A stretch of DNA of 64,000 nt from Nocardioides sp. (GTDB lineage: Bacteria; Actinomycetota; Actinomycetes; Propionibacteriales; Nocardioidaceae), in assembly GCA_039916425.1 (NCBI GenBank), contig JBDSLK010000180.1, positions 2,383 through 66,382 on the forward strand. The letters are read 5' to 3'. The notes beneath the pieces were generated by a model. That model worked only from the letters and a program-made list of their open reading frames with translations. It did no database searches and was not told where the DNA came from. Numbering within the stretch: position 1 is the first letter of the stretch; each line of letters opens with the position of its first letter. Both the position numbers and the translations under genes were made by a program. This document shows positions 26,426 to 35,784 of this stretch, one piece after another.

Positions 26426-28095
26426 ACCGCCCACTTCGTGCCCTCGTCGCGTTCCTGCTCTCCCTCAGCTGCGTGCTCGCGATGCCCGGGACGGCCTCCG
26501 CGACCGTCTACGCGCAGATCGAGGGCACCGGCTCGACCTGGTCGGAGCTGATCGTGCAGCAGTGGATCGCCGACGTCGACTCCAACGGCATGAAGGTCGT
26601 CTACACCGGTGGCGGCTCGTCGAAGGGCCGCAAGGACTTCTCCCAGGACAGCACCGACTTCGCCATCTCGGAGATCCCCTACCAGGGTGTCGATGAGCAG
26701 GGCAACACCGACACCAGCAACGGCCGGGACTTCGCCTACCTGCCCATCGTGGCGGGCGGCACCGCCTTCACCTACCAGCTCAAGATCGGCAACGAGCTGG
26801 TGCGCAACCTGCGTCTGTCCGGCGACACCATCTCGAAGATCTTCACGAACCAGATCACCAACTGGAACGACCCGGCGATCGCCGCCGACAACAACGGACG
26901 GTCCTTCCCGTCCCTGGCCATCACCCCGGTAGTGCGCTCGGACGGGTCGGGTACGACGGCCCAGTTCACCACCTGGATGGACCGGCAGTTCCCCGACATC
27001 TGGCGTCCCTTCTTCGGTCAGGCCGGGTTGACCTCCTACTACCCACGCGAGGGGCGAGCCATCGGTCAGGCCGGCTCGGACCAGGTGATGAACACCATCG
27101 CCGGGTTCGCCGGCAACGGCACGATCGGGTACGTCGAGTACTCCTACCCGGTCAACAAGGACTACCCGGTCGTCAAGGTGCTCAACCAGGCCGGCTACTA
27201 CGTCGAGCCGACGCAGTACAACGTGGCCGTCGCGCTGACCAAGGCACGCATCAACCAGGACAAGTCCTCTCCGCTCTACCTCACCCAGGAGCTGGACGGG
27301 GTCTACACCAACGCGGACCCGCGGGCCTACCCGATCTCGTCGTACTCCTACATGATCGTGCCGACCGGGGCCACGGACCCCCGGATGACGACCGCCAAGC
27401 GACAGACGCTCGCCGACTTCATGTACTACTCGCTGTGCGCCGGGCAGACCAAGGCAGGCCCCTACGGCTACTCGCCGCTGCCGCTCAACCTGGTGCGGGC
27501 CGGGTTCGAGCAGCTCGCCAAGCTCAAGGCCGCCGACCCGGCCGTCGACCTGACCGACCGCGAGGTCACCTCGTGCAACAACCCGACCTTCGTGGCCGGT
27601 GACCTGTCGAAGAACCACCTCGCCGAGATCGCTCCCCAGCCGGCCGTCTGCGACGAGCAGGGGGAGGGACCATGCGGCAGCGAGACCGGCGCCAACGACC
27701 CAGCGCCCGAGGGTGATCCCGCCGCGCCGGAGGAGCCCCAGCCCTCCGCGGGCGGCGGCTCCGGCGGCGGCTCGGTCGGCGGGGGCCAAGCCGGTGGCGT
27801 AGGTGGGAACGCCGCCGGTGCCAGTGGTCGGGGCAGCGACGGAGGCGCGACGCAGCCGACGGATCCAGGGCCATCGCCGTCGATCGACCCCGCGACCGGG
27901 GTGGAGCAGCCGGTCGCCGCGAGCGGGTCCTCCGACGTCGTGATCTACGCCAACCCCACCGAGCTCGCGGCGGAGCGCAGCGTCGACCGGAGGACCTTCG
28001 GGTGGCTCGCGGTGCTCGAGCTGCTCGCGCTCGTCCTCGTGCCCGGCCTCTATGTCGCGTCGCTGCGCCGCCGCCCCCGTGGCGGTGTCCGATGA
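26422..28095 (+). CDS. pstS: PstS phosphate-binding protein with SPI signal, Gly/Pro linker and C-terminal TM anchor
   Basis: GTGSTW, GGGSSKG, DFAISE, RSDGSGTT, IGYVEYSY, AYPISSYSY. No lipobox. C-terminal hydrophobic helix plus RRRPR. Confidence 0.9.
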   Translation: MNRPLRALVAFLLSLSCVLAMPGTASATVYAQIEGTGSTWSELIVQQWIADVDSNGMKVVYTGGGSSKGRKDFSQDSTDFAISEIPYQGVDEQGNTDTSNGRDFAYLPIVAGGTAFTYQLKIGNELVRNLRLSGDTISKIFTNQITNWNDPAIAADNNGRSFPSLAITPVVRSDGSGTTAQFTTWMDRQFPDIWRPFFGQAGLTSYYPREGRAIGQAGSDQVMNTIAGFAGNGTIGYVEYSYPVNKDYPVVKVLNQAGYYVEPTQYNVAVALTKARINQDKSSPLYLTQELDGVYTNADPRAYPISSYSYMIVPTGATDPRMTTAKRQTLADFMYYSLCAGQTKAGPYGYSPLPLNLVRAGFEQLAKLKAADPAVDLTDREVTSCNNPTFVAGDLSKNHLAEIAPQPAVCDEQGEGPCGSETGANDPAPEGDPAAPEEPQPSAGGGSGGGSVGGGQAGGVGGNAAGASGRGSDGGATQPTDPGPSPSIDPATGVEQPVAASGSSDVVIYANPTELAAERSVDRRTFGWLAVLELLALVLVPGLYVASLRRRPRGGVR

Positions 28096-30758
28096 CGCGG
28101 CGCACCGCCCGGGCGACAGCGGCCGCCCTGGTCGGCCTCCTCCTCGCGGTGTCGATGACCACCCTGGCCGGTGCCGCGCCCGCGGAGACGGGCAACGCGC
28201 CGGGTGGGGTCGACAAGGACGGCTACTCCGCTACGAGGGCACTGACCCGGGTCTTCACGAATCCGGACGGGTCGACGTATGAGTTCCCGCCCAACACGGT
28301 GACCGTCACCGCCGACCACACCCAGGACCTGCGCGGCCGCCAGCGGATCACGATCGGCTGGAGCGGAGCCCAGCCCAGCGCGGGCCGGGCGAGCAATCCC
28401 TACGGCGAGAACGGCCTGCAGCAGGAGTACCCCGTCGTCATCCTCCAGTGCCGCGGGACCGACGACCCGGCCCTGCCGGTCGCCGAGCAGCTGTCGCCGT
28501 CGACCTGCTGGACGGCGTCGGTGGCGCAGCGCTCGCAGATCGCCCGCGGCGACGCCGAGGCCGCGTGGGTGCACGACCTGGACGCGCCCGTCGAGGCGAA
28601 GGCGCGACTGTTCGGCGTCGCTCCGTTCCCCGGCGCCGACCTCTGCCCCGGGGCCGACGCGGACCCCTATTTCACGCACCTGACGCCGTACGCCGCCCAC
28701 AACGGCACGGTCTTCCCTGCGTGCAACGCCGTCCAGATGCCGCCGGAGGCCGCGGTCGGTGCCGCGTTCCCGCCCAACGAGGTGGCGGCGTTCACCGATC
28801 TCGACGGCACCGGTGCGGTCCAGTTCGAGATCCGCAGCGAGGTCGAGAACGAGTCGCTGGGTTGTAGCGATCAGGTGGCGTGCTCGATCGTGGTCGTGCC
28901 CATCAACGGCCTGAGCTGCGACCAGCCGGCCGAGCCGGCAACGATCGCTGACGAGGCGTGCCGGCGCGGAGGCCGCTTCGAACCGGGCTCCAGCAACTTC
29001 GCGAACCAGGGTGTCGACCAGGCCGTGTCACCGGTGCTGTGGTGGTCGGCCTCCAACTGGAAGAACCGCTTCTCGATCCCGATCACCATGGGCTTGCCGC
29101 CCGACACCTGCGACGTCCTCGATCCCCGGCCGCCTACCGGGTTCTACGGCTCCGAGCTGCTGGCCCAGGCGGCGTTGCAGTGGTCGCCGTCGTACTGCCT
29201 GGATAAGAAGCGCTTCAAGTTCCAGCTCAACCAGATGTCGGACGACGCGGGGTTCTCGCTCATGGAGTCCGGCGGGGGCCCGGCTGCCGTCGTGTCCTCC
29301 GAGCACAAGACCGAGGGCGCGGACCCGGTCGGCTATGCACCGACCGCCGTCACCGGCTTCGCGGTCGGCTACGTGATCGACCGTCCCGACAACGCCGGGG
29401 AGTACGGCCAGCTCCGGCTGAACGCGCGGTTGATCGCCAAGCTGCTTACCCAGTCCTACCTCGGCTCGGACCTCGGTCGTGGCCACCCGGGGATCGCCGG
29501 CAACCCGCTGGCGATCATGAACGACCCCGAGTTCATCGAGCTCAACCCGGGACTGAGCCTGATCACCCAGGAGGCCGGCGCGACGGTGCTGTCGCTGTCG
29601 AACTCCTCCGACGTGATGGACCAGCTCACCGACTACCTCGCCCACGACAAGACCGCGATGGAGTGGATCGACGGCAAGCCGGACCAGTGGGGCATGAAGG
29701 TCAACCCGGCGTACAAGAAGATCAAGCTGCCGCGCCCCGAGTGGCCCCTGCTCGACGAGTTCGTGCCGCAGACCGAGAACGTCTGCCGCCAGGAGAACCC
29801 GGCGGTCTACTTCACCCAGCTCGCGGCCCCGGTCACCACCATGCGCAAGATCGCCGAGGCGCTCCTCGACGCCTGGCCCAACGTGCAGACGCGCTGCGAG
29901 TTCGACCAGTCCACGCAGCTCTACAAGCTGGGACGGATCGACCGGCAGTCGTTCGGCGCCCGCTTCATGCTCGGTCTGATCAGTCTCGGGGACGCGCAGC
30001 GCTACGGCCTCCGCGCGGCGGCGCTCGAGACCGCGAAGGGCGAGTACGTCGCGCCCAGCGACGGTTCGCTGAAGGCCGCGGTCGCGCTCTCCGAGCAGAA
30101 GAAGGAGACCGGCCCCTTCGTGCTGGACCAGGCCACGGTCCGTAGGGAGGCGGGCGCCTACCCCGGCACGATGGTGGTCTACACCGCTGCCCTGCTGCGC
30201 AACCTCGCGCAGGAGGACGCGGACAAGATCGCCCAGTTCGTCGAGGTGTCCACCACCGAGGGGCAGGAGCAGGGCACGGGCAACGGTGAGCTCCCGGCCG
30301 GCTTCGTGCCCATCCTCGAGCAAGGCCCCACCAAGAAGCTCTACCAGGCGGCGCAGGACGTGGCGGCCGCCATCAAGGCACAGACCCCCGCGCCCTCGGA
30401 GGCGCCGAGCCCGGACGGGCCGGCAACTCCCACCCCCGTGATCCCCGACGTCGACCCTGACGACCTCGGCGGAGCAGGCACGCCCACTACGGACACCCCC
30501 GCCGCACCGACGCCGACGGACGAGCCCACGGCCAAGCCGACGGACAAGCAGACCGACAAGCAGCCGGACAAGAAGGCCGACAGGTCGACCGACGGGGCCA
30601 CGACCCCGGCTGTCGATGCCGCCCCGATGCCGCCCACGCAGGCGGTCAGCTCCGGCCTCGCGGGCGGGCTCCTCCCCGGCCTGCTGCTGCTGGGTCTGTT
30701 CGGGATGGCGATCGCCAGCGTGCTGCGCCTGCTGGCCCGCGGTGGAGGACGTCCGTGA
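28092..30758 (+). CDS. Large secreted membrane-anchored protein: neocarzinostatin/Ig-like N-domain, degenerate PstS-fold domain, Pro/Thr linker, TM
   Basis: TVTVTADHTQDLRGRQRITIGWSG...ILQC...TDLDGTGAVQF...GCSDQVACSIVV, then YGSEL, YAPTAVTG, LRLNARLIAKLL, NDPEFIELNP, YVAPS, AYPGTMVVY colinear with PstS. Confidence 0.8.
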   Translation: MTRRTARATAAALVGLLLAVSMTTLAGAAPAETGNAPGGVDKDGYSATRALTRVFTNPDGSTYEFPPNTVTVTADHTQDLRGRQRITIGWSGAQPSAGRASNPYGENGLQQEYPVVILQCRGTDDPALPVAEQLSPSTCWTASVAQRSQIARGDAEAAWVHDLDAPVEAKARLFGVAPFPGADLCPGADADPYFTHLTPYAAHNGTVFPACNAVQMPPEAAVGAAFPPNEVAAFTDLDGTGAVQFEIRSEVENESLGCSDQVACSIVVVPINGLSCDQPAEPATIADEACRRGGRFEPGSSNFANQGVDQAVSPVLWWSASNWKNRFSIPITMGLPPDTCDVLDPRPPTGFYGSELLAQAALQWSPSYCLDKKRFKFQLNQMSDDAGFSLMESGGGPAAVVSSEHKTEGADPVGYAPTAVTGFAVGYVIDRPDNAGEYGQLRLNARLIAKLLTQSYLGSDLGRGHPGIAGNPLAIMNDPEFIELNPGLSLITQEAGATVLSLSNSSDVMDQLTDYLAHDKTAMEWIDGKPDQWGMKVNPAYKKIKLPRPEWPLLDEFVPQTENVCRQENPAVYFTQLAAPVTTMRKIAEALLDAWPNVQTRCEFDQSTQLYKLGRIDRQSFGARFMLGLISLGDAQRYGLRAAALETAKGEYVAPSDGSLKAAVALSEQKKETGPFVLDQATVRREAGAYPGTMVVYTAALLRNLAQEDADKIAQFVEVSTTEGQEQGTGNGELPAGFVPILEQGPTKKLYQAAQDVAAAIKAQTPAPSEAPSPDGPATPTPVIPDVDPDDLGGAGTPTTDTPAAPTPTDEPTAKPTDKQTDKQPDKKADRSTDGATTPAVDAAPMPPTQAVSSGLAGGLLPGLLLLGLFGMAIASVLRLLARGGGRP

Positions 30759-31687
30759 CGGCCACCCTGCCTGAGGAGAAGCGTCGGCTGCTGCCCGCAC
30801 GGCTCTCGCGCCCGGCCCGGCCCGCCAGGACCGCCCGCGCGGCCCCGCCACCGGCACAGGGCGCGCCGGCGGTGCTCTCCACCTGCTTCGCGATGGTCGC
30901 TCTCATCTGCCTGTGGACGGCCGCGCAGCTGCTGGTGCTGGGTGGGCTCGCGCACGAGCGGACCCAGGACCTGCTCTACCGGGAGTTCCGCACCCAGCTG
31001 GCCGGCGCCACCGCCCCGATCGGCCCCGTCGTCCCCGTCGGCGACCCCGTCGCGGTGCTGACAGTGCCGAGGCTCGGGCTCCAGGAGGTCGTCGTCGAGG
31101 GCACCGCGTCCGGTGACACGCTCGCCGGGCCGGGACACCTGCGCAACACCGCGCTCCCCGGCCAGGAGGGCACGTCGGTGCTGATGGGCCGGGCCGCCAC
31201 CTACGGCGGACCCTTCGGAGACCTCGCCGCCCTCAGCCCCGGAGACCGGTTCACCGTCGTGGTGGCGCAGGGCACCGTGAGGTTCACGGTGATCGGCGTC
31301 CGGCACGCCGGAGACCCCCTGCCCGCGCCTCGCGAGCCGGGCCGGGCGCGCCTCACGCTGGTCACTGCCGAGGGTGCGGGCCGGTTGTCGGCGCTCACCC
31401 CCGACACGGCGCTCTTCGTCGACGCCGAGACCAAGAAGGCACTGGCGGCTCCCCCGGGACTGCCCGCGGTGGTGCCCGACTCGGAGCTGACGATGGCGAC
31501 GGACCCCGCCGCGATCCCGCTGCTCACCCTCTATCTCGCGCTGCTGCTGGCGCTGACCCTCGGCGTCGTGGCCGCCCGGCAGCGCTGGTCGGCAGCGCTG
31601 GTCTGGGTGGTGGCCGCTCCGGTGGCCCTGGCGCTGTCGTGGCAGACCACCGACGTGGTGATGCGGCTGCTGCCCAACCTGATCTGA
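30755..31687 (+). CDS. Sortase-fold membrane protein with catalytic residues substituted (pseudo-sortase)
   Basis: N-terminal TM; LTVPRLGL..VVVEGT...GPGH...LPGQEGTSVLMGRAATYGGPF..L..GD...RLTLVTA. Two additional C-terminal TM helices. Confidence 0.88.
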   Translation: MTATLPEEKRRLLPARLSRPARPARTARAAPPPAQGAPAVLSTCFAMVALICLWTAAQLLVLGGLAHERTQDLLYREFRTQLAGATAPIGPVVPVGDPVAVLTVPRLGLQEVVVEGTASGDTLAGPGHLRNTALPGQEGTSVLMGRAATYGGPFGDLAALSPGDRFTVVVAQGTVRFTVIGVRHAGDPLPAPREPGRARLTLVTAEGAGRLSALTPDTALFVDAETKKALAAPPGLPAVVPDSELTMATDPAAIPLLTLYLALLLALTLGVVAARQRWSAALVWVVAAPVALALSWQTTDVVMRLLPNLI

Positions 31688-31761
31688 CCGCCCGCACGAC
31701 CGCTCCACCGCTCCAACCAACGCTGGCCGACCGGCCACCATCCAGAGGAGAAGAAGGACAG

Positions 31762-33336
31762 ATGTTCTCAAAGAAGTTGACTTCCGTCATGGCGACGGGC
31801 GGCGTCGTCGCAGCGGCGCTCGCGCTCTCCGCCGCGCCGGCCTCTGCCGTCTACACAGCGGACCCCGATGACACCACCATCGTGACGACCTCGACCGACC
31901 TCTACGGAGTCGGCTCGGACACCAGTCAGAACGCGATCCTCCGCCTCGCCAACGGCTTCAACGCGACCTCGCCGCCGGCGAGAATCGCCACCTACGCCGC
32001 CACCGGTGGCGGCGACATCCCGTTGCCCGGCGGGGCGCTCATTCCTCGCCCGAACGGCTCCGGGGCCGGCAAGTCGAAGCTGTACGGCGCCGGTAACGTG
32101 CCCGAGATCGACTTCGCTCGTTCGTCCTCGGCTCAGAGCCCCGCGGAATCGTCGGCCGGGCTGCAGTCGTTCCCCTTCGCCCTCGACACCCTCGTGATGG
32201 CGGTTTCCAACTCTGCCCCGTCCAACGCGCCCGCCTCGCTCACCCCCGCCCAGATCGTGGGCATCTACAACGGCACCTTCACCAACTGGAGCCAGGTCGG
32301 CGGCAACGCGGGAGTCATCGCCCCGAAGATCCCGCAGGCCGGATCCGGCACCCGGAGCTTCTTCGTCGCTCAGCTCCAGGCCGCCAACGGCGGTGTCGCC
32401 GTCACGCTCGCCGGCTCCGTCACCGACGTGCAGGAACACGACGACACCACGATCAAGTCGGACCCGAACGCGGTCGCGCCCTTCTCGCAGGGACGCGCCG
32501 GACTGCTCGGATCGACCCTGCGCCTCGAGGGCGGGTTCAGCGCCAACCGGGCGCTCTACAACGTCGTTCGCGCCGGTGACGTCAGCACCCCGAACGTCCA
32601 GGCCGCCTTCGGCAGCACCGGCTTCGTCTGCTCGGCGACGGCCAAGCCCCTCATCGAGGCGGCCGGCTTCAAGCAGCTCTTCCCGCCGTCCAAGGGCGGC
32701 GTCTGCGGCCAGCCCACGCAGAGTGCGACGAGCAACTTCATCGTCGACTCGGTGTCGACCACGACGGCGGTCACCGCGTCTGTCGCCACCGCCACATCGG
32801 CCCGCATCGTGGCCAAGGTCGCTGGCTCTACCGCCCCGAGCGGAACCTACGCCTTCTACGAGGGCGCCACGCTGCTCCAGGCGGGTGTGCCGCTCGTCTC
32901 GGGGCAGGCCACGCGCATCCAGCCCGCCGCTCCGGGCACGCACACCTACCGTGCCGTCTTCACCCCCGCCGCCAACTCGCCGTTCACCGCCTCGGAGGGT
33001 TCGGGTGCTGTCACCATCGCCAGCACCGGGGGCACCCCGGCCGCCAAGGCGGCCTCGACGATCAAGGAGTCCTTCGCCAAGACCGTCAAGGCCGGCAAGC
33101 GGGCCAAGGGCACGGTCACAGTGACGCTCAAGGGGGTCGCCACCAAGGCGACCGGCAAGATCAAGATCAAGAAGGGGAGCAAGACCCTGGTCACCAAGTC
33201 GCTGTCCGGCGGCAAGGTCACCGTCAAGCTGCCCCGGCTGCAGAACGGCAAGAACAAGCTGAAGATCGTCTGGGGCGGTGACGCCGCCGGCCTGCCCGGC
33301 AAGCTGGCGTTCACCATCAAGCAGATCACCGGCTGA
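31762..33336 (+). CDS. PstS-like periplasmic-binding-fold protein with Ig-like domain and Lys-rich C-terminal beta domain
   Basis: Strong RBS (GAGGAG/AAGGA), SPI signal (ASA), [39 protein letters not shown]. Big_3-like STTTAVT...GTYAFYEG...GTHTYRAVF. Lys-rich tail. Confidence 0.85.
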   Translation: MFSKKLTSVMATGGVVAAALALSAAPASAVYTADPDDTTIVTTSTDLYGVGSDTSQNAILRLANGFNATSPPARIATYAATGGGDIPLPGGALIPRPNGSGAGKSKLYGAGNVPEIDFARSSSAQSPAESSAGLQSFPFALDTLVMAVSNSAPSNAPASLTPAQIVGIYNGTFTNWSQVGGNAGVIAPKIPQAGSGTRSFFVAQLQAANGGVAVTLAGSVTDVQEHDDTTIKSDPNAVAPFSQGRAGLLGSTLRLEGGFSANRALYNVVRAGDVSTPNVQAAFGSTGFVCSATAKPLIEAAGFKQLFPPSKGGVCGQPTQSATSNFIVDSVSTTTAVTASVATATSARIVAKVAGSTAPSGTYAFYEGATLLQAGVPLVSGQATRIQPAAPGTHTYRAVFTPAANSPFTASEGSGAVTIASTGGTPAAKAASTIKESFAKTVKAGKRAKGTVTVTLKGVATKATGKIKIKKGSKTLVTKSLSGGKVTVKLPRLQNGKNKLKIVWGGDAAGLPGKLAFTIKQITG

Positions 33337-33362
33337 CGCACCACCCGAGGCGGGTGGTGCGT
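33336..33362 (+). terminator. Intra-operon stem-loop between the third PstS-like gene and pstB
   Basis: ACGCACCACCCG-AGG-CGGGTGGTGCGT, a perfect 12-bp stem with no U-tract. Confidence 0.7.
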
Positions 33363-33433
33363 TCACCGGACGCACCACTCGCTCGCGCGCCGTACCCCCT
33401 CCTGCTGCACCGACGACCCACCCGGAGCCCGCC

Positions 33434-34264
33434 ATGACCACCGACACCACCCGGACCGACCGCGTGGCCCGCGAGGGTCCCGGCGACTCGCTGGCCACCA
33501 TCGAGGCCAGCGACATCACCGCGTGGTTCGGCTCGCACAAGGTCCTCGACCGGGTATCCCTGACCATGCGGGCCGGTGAGATCACCGCCCTGATCGGCCC
33601 GTCCGGCTGCGGCAAGTCGACGTTCCTGAGGATCCTCAACCGGATGCACGAGCTGGTGCCGTCAGCGCAGCTGGCCGGTGAGGTGCGCCTGGACGGCGCC
33701 GACATCTACGACCCCGCACGCCGGCTCATCGACGCCCGGCGCGCGATCGGCATGGTGTTCCAGAAGCCGAATCCGTTCCCCTCGATGTCGATCGAGGAGA
33801 ACGTGCTCGCCGGCCTCCGGCTGACGGGGACCAAGGTGGCGCGCTCCGGCAGAGCCGAGCTCGTCGAGTCGTGCCTGCGCAAGGGAGGACTCTGGAACGA
33901 GGTCAAGGACCGGCTGGACGCGCCTGGTGGCGGTCTCTCCGGTGGTCAGCAGCAACGCCTCTGCATTGCGCGTTCGCTGGCGGTGAAGCCGCGCGTGCTG
34001 CTGATGGACGAGCCCTGCTCGGCCCTCGATCCCACCTCGACCAGGGTCATCGAGGAGACCATGCACGACCTGGCGCGCGACGTGACGATCGTGATCGTGA
34101 CCCACAACATGCAGCAGGCCGCGCGGGTCTCGGACCGGTGTGCCTTCTTCCTGGCGGCGCAGGGGACCCCGGGCGTCATCGTGGAGCACGGGGAGACCAG
34201 TGCGATGTTCGGCAACCCCCAGGACCGGCGGACCGGTGACTACGTCAGCGGTCGCTTCGGCTGA
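33434..34264 (+). CDS. pstB: Phosphate ABC transporter ATP-binding protein PstB
   Basis: [65 protein letters not shown]. Confidence 0.96.
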   Translation: MTTDTTRTDRVAREGPGDSLATIEASDITAWFGSHKVLDRVSLTMRAGEITALIGPSGCGKSTFLRILNRMHELVPSAQLAGEVRLDGADIYDPARRLIDARRAIGMVFQKPNPFPSMSIEENVLAGLRLTGTKVARSGRAELVESCLRKGGLWNEVKDRLDAPGGGLSGGQQQRLCIARSLAVKPRVLLMDEPCSALDPTSTRVIEETMHDLARDVTIVIVTHNMQQAARVSDRCAFFLAAQGTPGVIVEHGETSAMFGNPQDRRTGDYVSGRFG

Positions 34265-34350
34265 GCCGTCCCACCAGTCCCCGTCCATTCCTCAGCGGCG
34301 CGGACCGGCACTCCCCGCCCCCAGCCACCCACCCCGGCCTGAGAGGGCGA

Positions 34351-34379
34351 ACCGCCCCCGGCCCTCGGTCGGGGGCGGT
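34351..34379 (+). terminator. GC-rich stem-loop downstream of pstB
   Basis: ACCGCCCCCG...CGGGGGCGGT inverted repeat. Confidence 0.55.
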
Positions 34380-34489
34380 GCCACGTCCGGTCGGTCCCAG
34401 CGGGCCCACCTCTGCCAGGGCCCGAGACGCCGGAAAACTTCTGTGTAACAACTTTCATTGCCCCCTAGACGTGACGGCCACCACACCCA

Positions 34490-34510
34490 TATGTTTTTGC
34501 GGACAACAAA
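34490..34510. promoter_or_regulatory. ROK-type operator candidate upstream of the sugar-binding protein gene
   Basis: TATGTT-TTTGCGGAC-AACAAA (TGTT-N9-AACA), an AT-rich island in GC-rich DNA. Confidence 0.6.
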
Positions 34511-34569
34511 AGCGGCTCCCCGACGGTCGGTGGACGACGCACCAGTTAGATCGCTAGGAGGCGGTTCGC

Positions 34570-35652
34570 GTGAAGCGAAAGCACAACTTGGTTCTCGTGG
34601 GCATGCTCGGGATGGCCATCACCCTCAGCGCATGTGGGGGGAGCGACTCAGGAGACACCGCCGGGGACTCCGGCAGCAGCGCCGGCAAGATCGGGGTGAT
34701 CCTGCCCGACACCAAGTCCTCGGTGCGGTGGGAGAGCGCCGACCGGCCGGCCCTCGAGGCGGCCTTCGAGGAGGCCGGCGTCGAGTACACGATCCAGAAC
34801 GCCGAGGGCGACGCGGACAAGATGACCACGATCGCGGACAGCATGATGACCGAGGGTGTCACGGTCCTTGCGATCGTCAACCTCGACTCGGAGTCCGGCG
34901 CGGCCATCCAGGAGAAGGCGGCCTCGCAGGGCATCAAGACCATCGACTACGACCGCCTCACCCTGGGCGGCACCGCCGAGGCCTACGTGTCCTATGACAA
35001 CAACAAGGTCGGTGCCCTGCAGGGCCAGGGCCTCGCTGACTGCCTGGGCGACAAGCCGGCCAACCTGGTCTACCTCAACGGCGCGCCGACCGACAACAAC
35101 GCCACTCTCTTCGCGGCAGGCGCGCACAGCGTCCTCGACGAGGTCAGCACCTACAAGCAGGTCGCCGAGCAGGCCGTGCCGGACTGGGACCCGGACCAGG
35201 CCGTGACGATCTTCGAGCAGCTCTACACCCAGGCCGGTGGCAAGGTCGACGGTGTCTACGCCGCCAACGACGGCCTCGCCGGCGCGACGATCTCCATCCT
35301 GCAGAAGAACGAGGTCAACGGCACCGTGCCCGTGACCGGTCAGGACGCCACGGTCGAGGGTCTGCAGAACGTGCTGTCGGGTGACCAGTGCATGACGATC
35401 TACAAGTCGGCCAAGGCGGAGGCCGGTGCGCTCGCCGACACCGCGATCGCGCTTGCCAAGGGCGACACCCCGGAGACCAACGGCACCACCACCGACGAGA
35501 CGGGCGGCCGCGACGTGCCGTCGGTCCTCCTCGACCCGGTCTCCATCACCAAGGAGAACGTCAGCGACGTCATCGACGACGGTGGCCAGAGTGCTGATGA
35601 CGTGTGCGCCGGAGACTTCGCCGCTGCGTGCGCCGATGCGGGCATCTCCTGA
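34570..35652 (+). CDS. xylF: Sugar (xylose-type) ABC transporter substrate-binding lipoprotein
   Basis: Lipobox LSAC, ILPDTKSSVRWE, IDYDRL, AANDGLA, VTGQDA. Adjacent to xylAB. Confidence 0.88.
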   Translation: MKRKHNLVLVGMLGMAITLSACGGSDSGDTAGDSGSSAGKIGVILPDTKSSVRWESADRPALEAAFEEAGVEYTIQNAEGDADKMTTIADSMMTEGVTVLAIVNLDSESGAAIQEKAASQGIKTIDYDRLTLGGTAEAYVSYDNNKVGALQGQGLADCLGDKPANLVYLNGAPTDNNATLFAAGAHSVLDEVSTYKQVAEQAVPDWDPDQAVTIFEQLYTQAGGKVDGVYAANDGLAGATISILQKNEVNGTVPVTGQDATVEGLQNVLSGDQCMTIYKSAKAEAGALADTAIALAKGDTPETNGTTTDETGGRDVPSVLLDPVSITKENVSDVIDDGGQSADDVCAGDFAAACADAGIS

Positions 35653-35706
35653 TCGACCCTGCCCGGTCCGCGGAAGCGCGAACCGGGCGAAGTAGCACCT
35701 CTCGGT

Positions 35707-35738
35707 GACGCCCGGGCTGGGACCCCGGCCCGGGCGTC
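35707..35738 (+). terminator. Stem-loop after the binding-protein gene, followed by a T-rich tract
   Basis: GACGCCCGGGC...GCCCGGGCGTC then CGCCGTTTTGTT. Confidence 0.65.
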
Positions 35739-35744
35739 CGCCGT

Positions 35745-35765
35745 TTTGTTCACCCGAACAACAAT
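35745..35765. promoter_or_regulatory. Second ROK-type operator candidate upstream of the ATPase gene
   Basis: TTTGTT-CACCCGAAC-AACAAT, same TGTT-N9-AACA geometry as 34490..34510. Confidence 0.6.
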
Positions 35766-35784
35766 TACGTAGGGAGTGCCCCCA

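Noticed and set aside
26440-26475. Lipobox in PstS (LSLSC)
   Set aside because: The -3 position is Ser rather than L/V/I, and a good ASA signal peptidase I site follows.
27950-30758. Canonical LPXTG/LAXTG sortase substrates or a sortase-assembled pilus
   Set aside because: Neither TM-anchored protein has such a motif, no pilin motifs were seen, and the sortase lacks its catalytic Cys and His.
33361-33371. Internal PHO box before pstB (GTTCACCGGAC)
   Set aside because: Single unit without an in-phase partner, overlapping the stem-loop.
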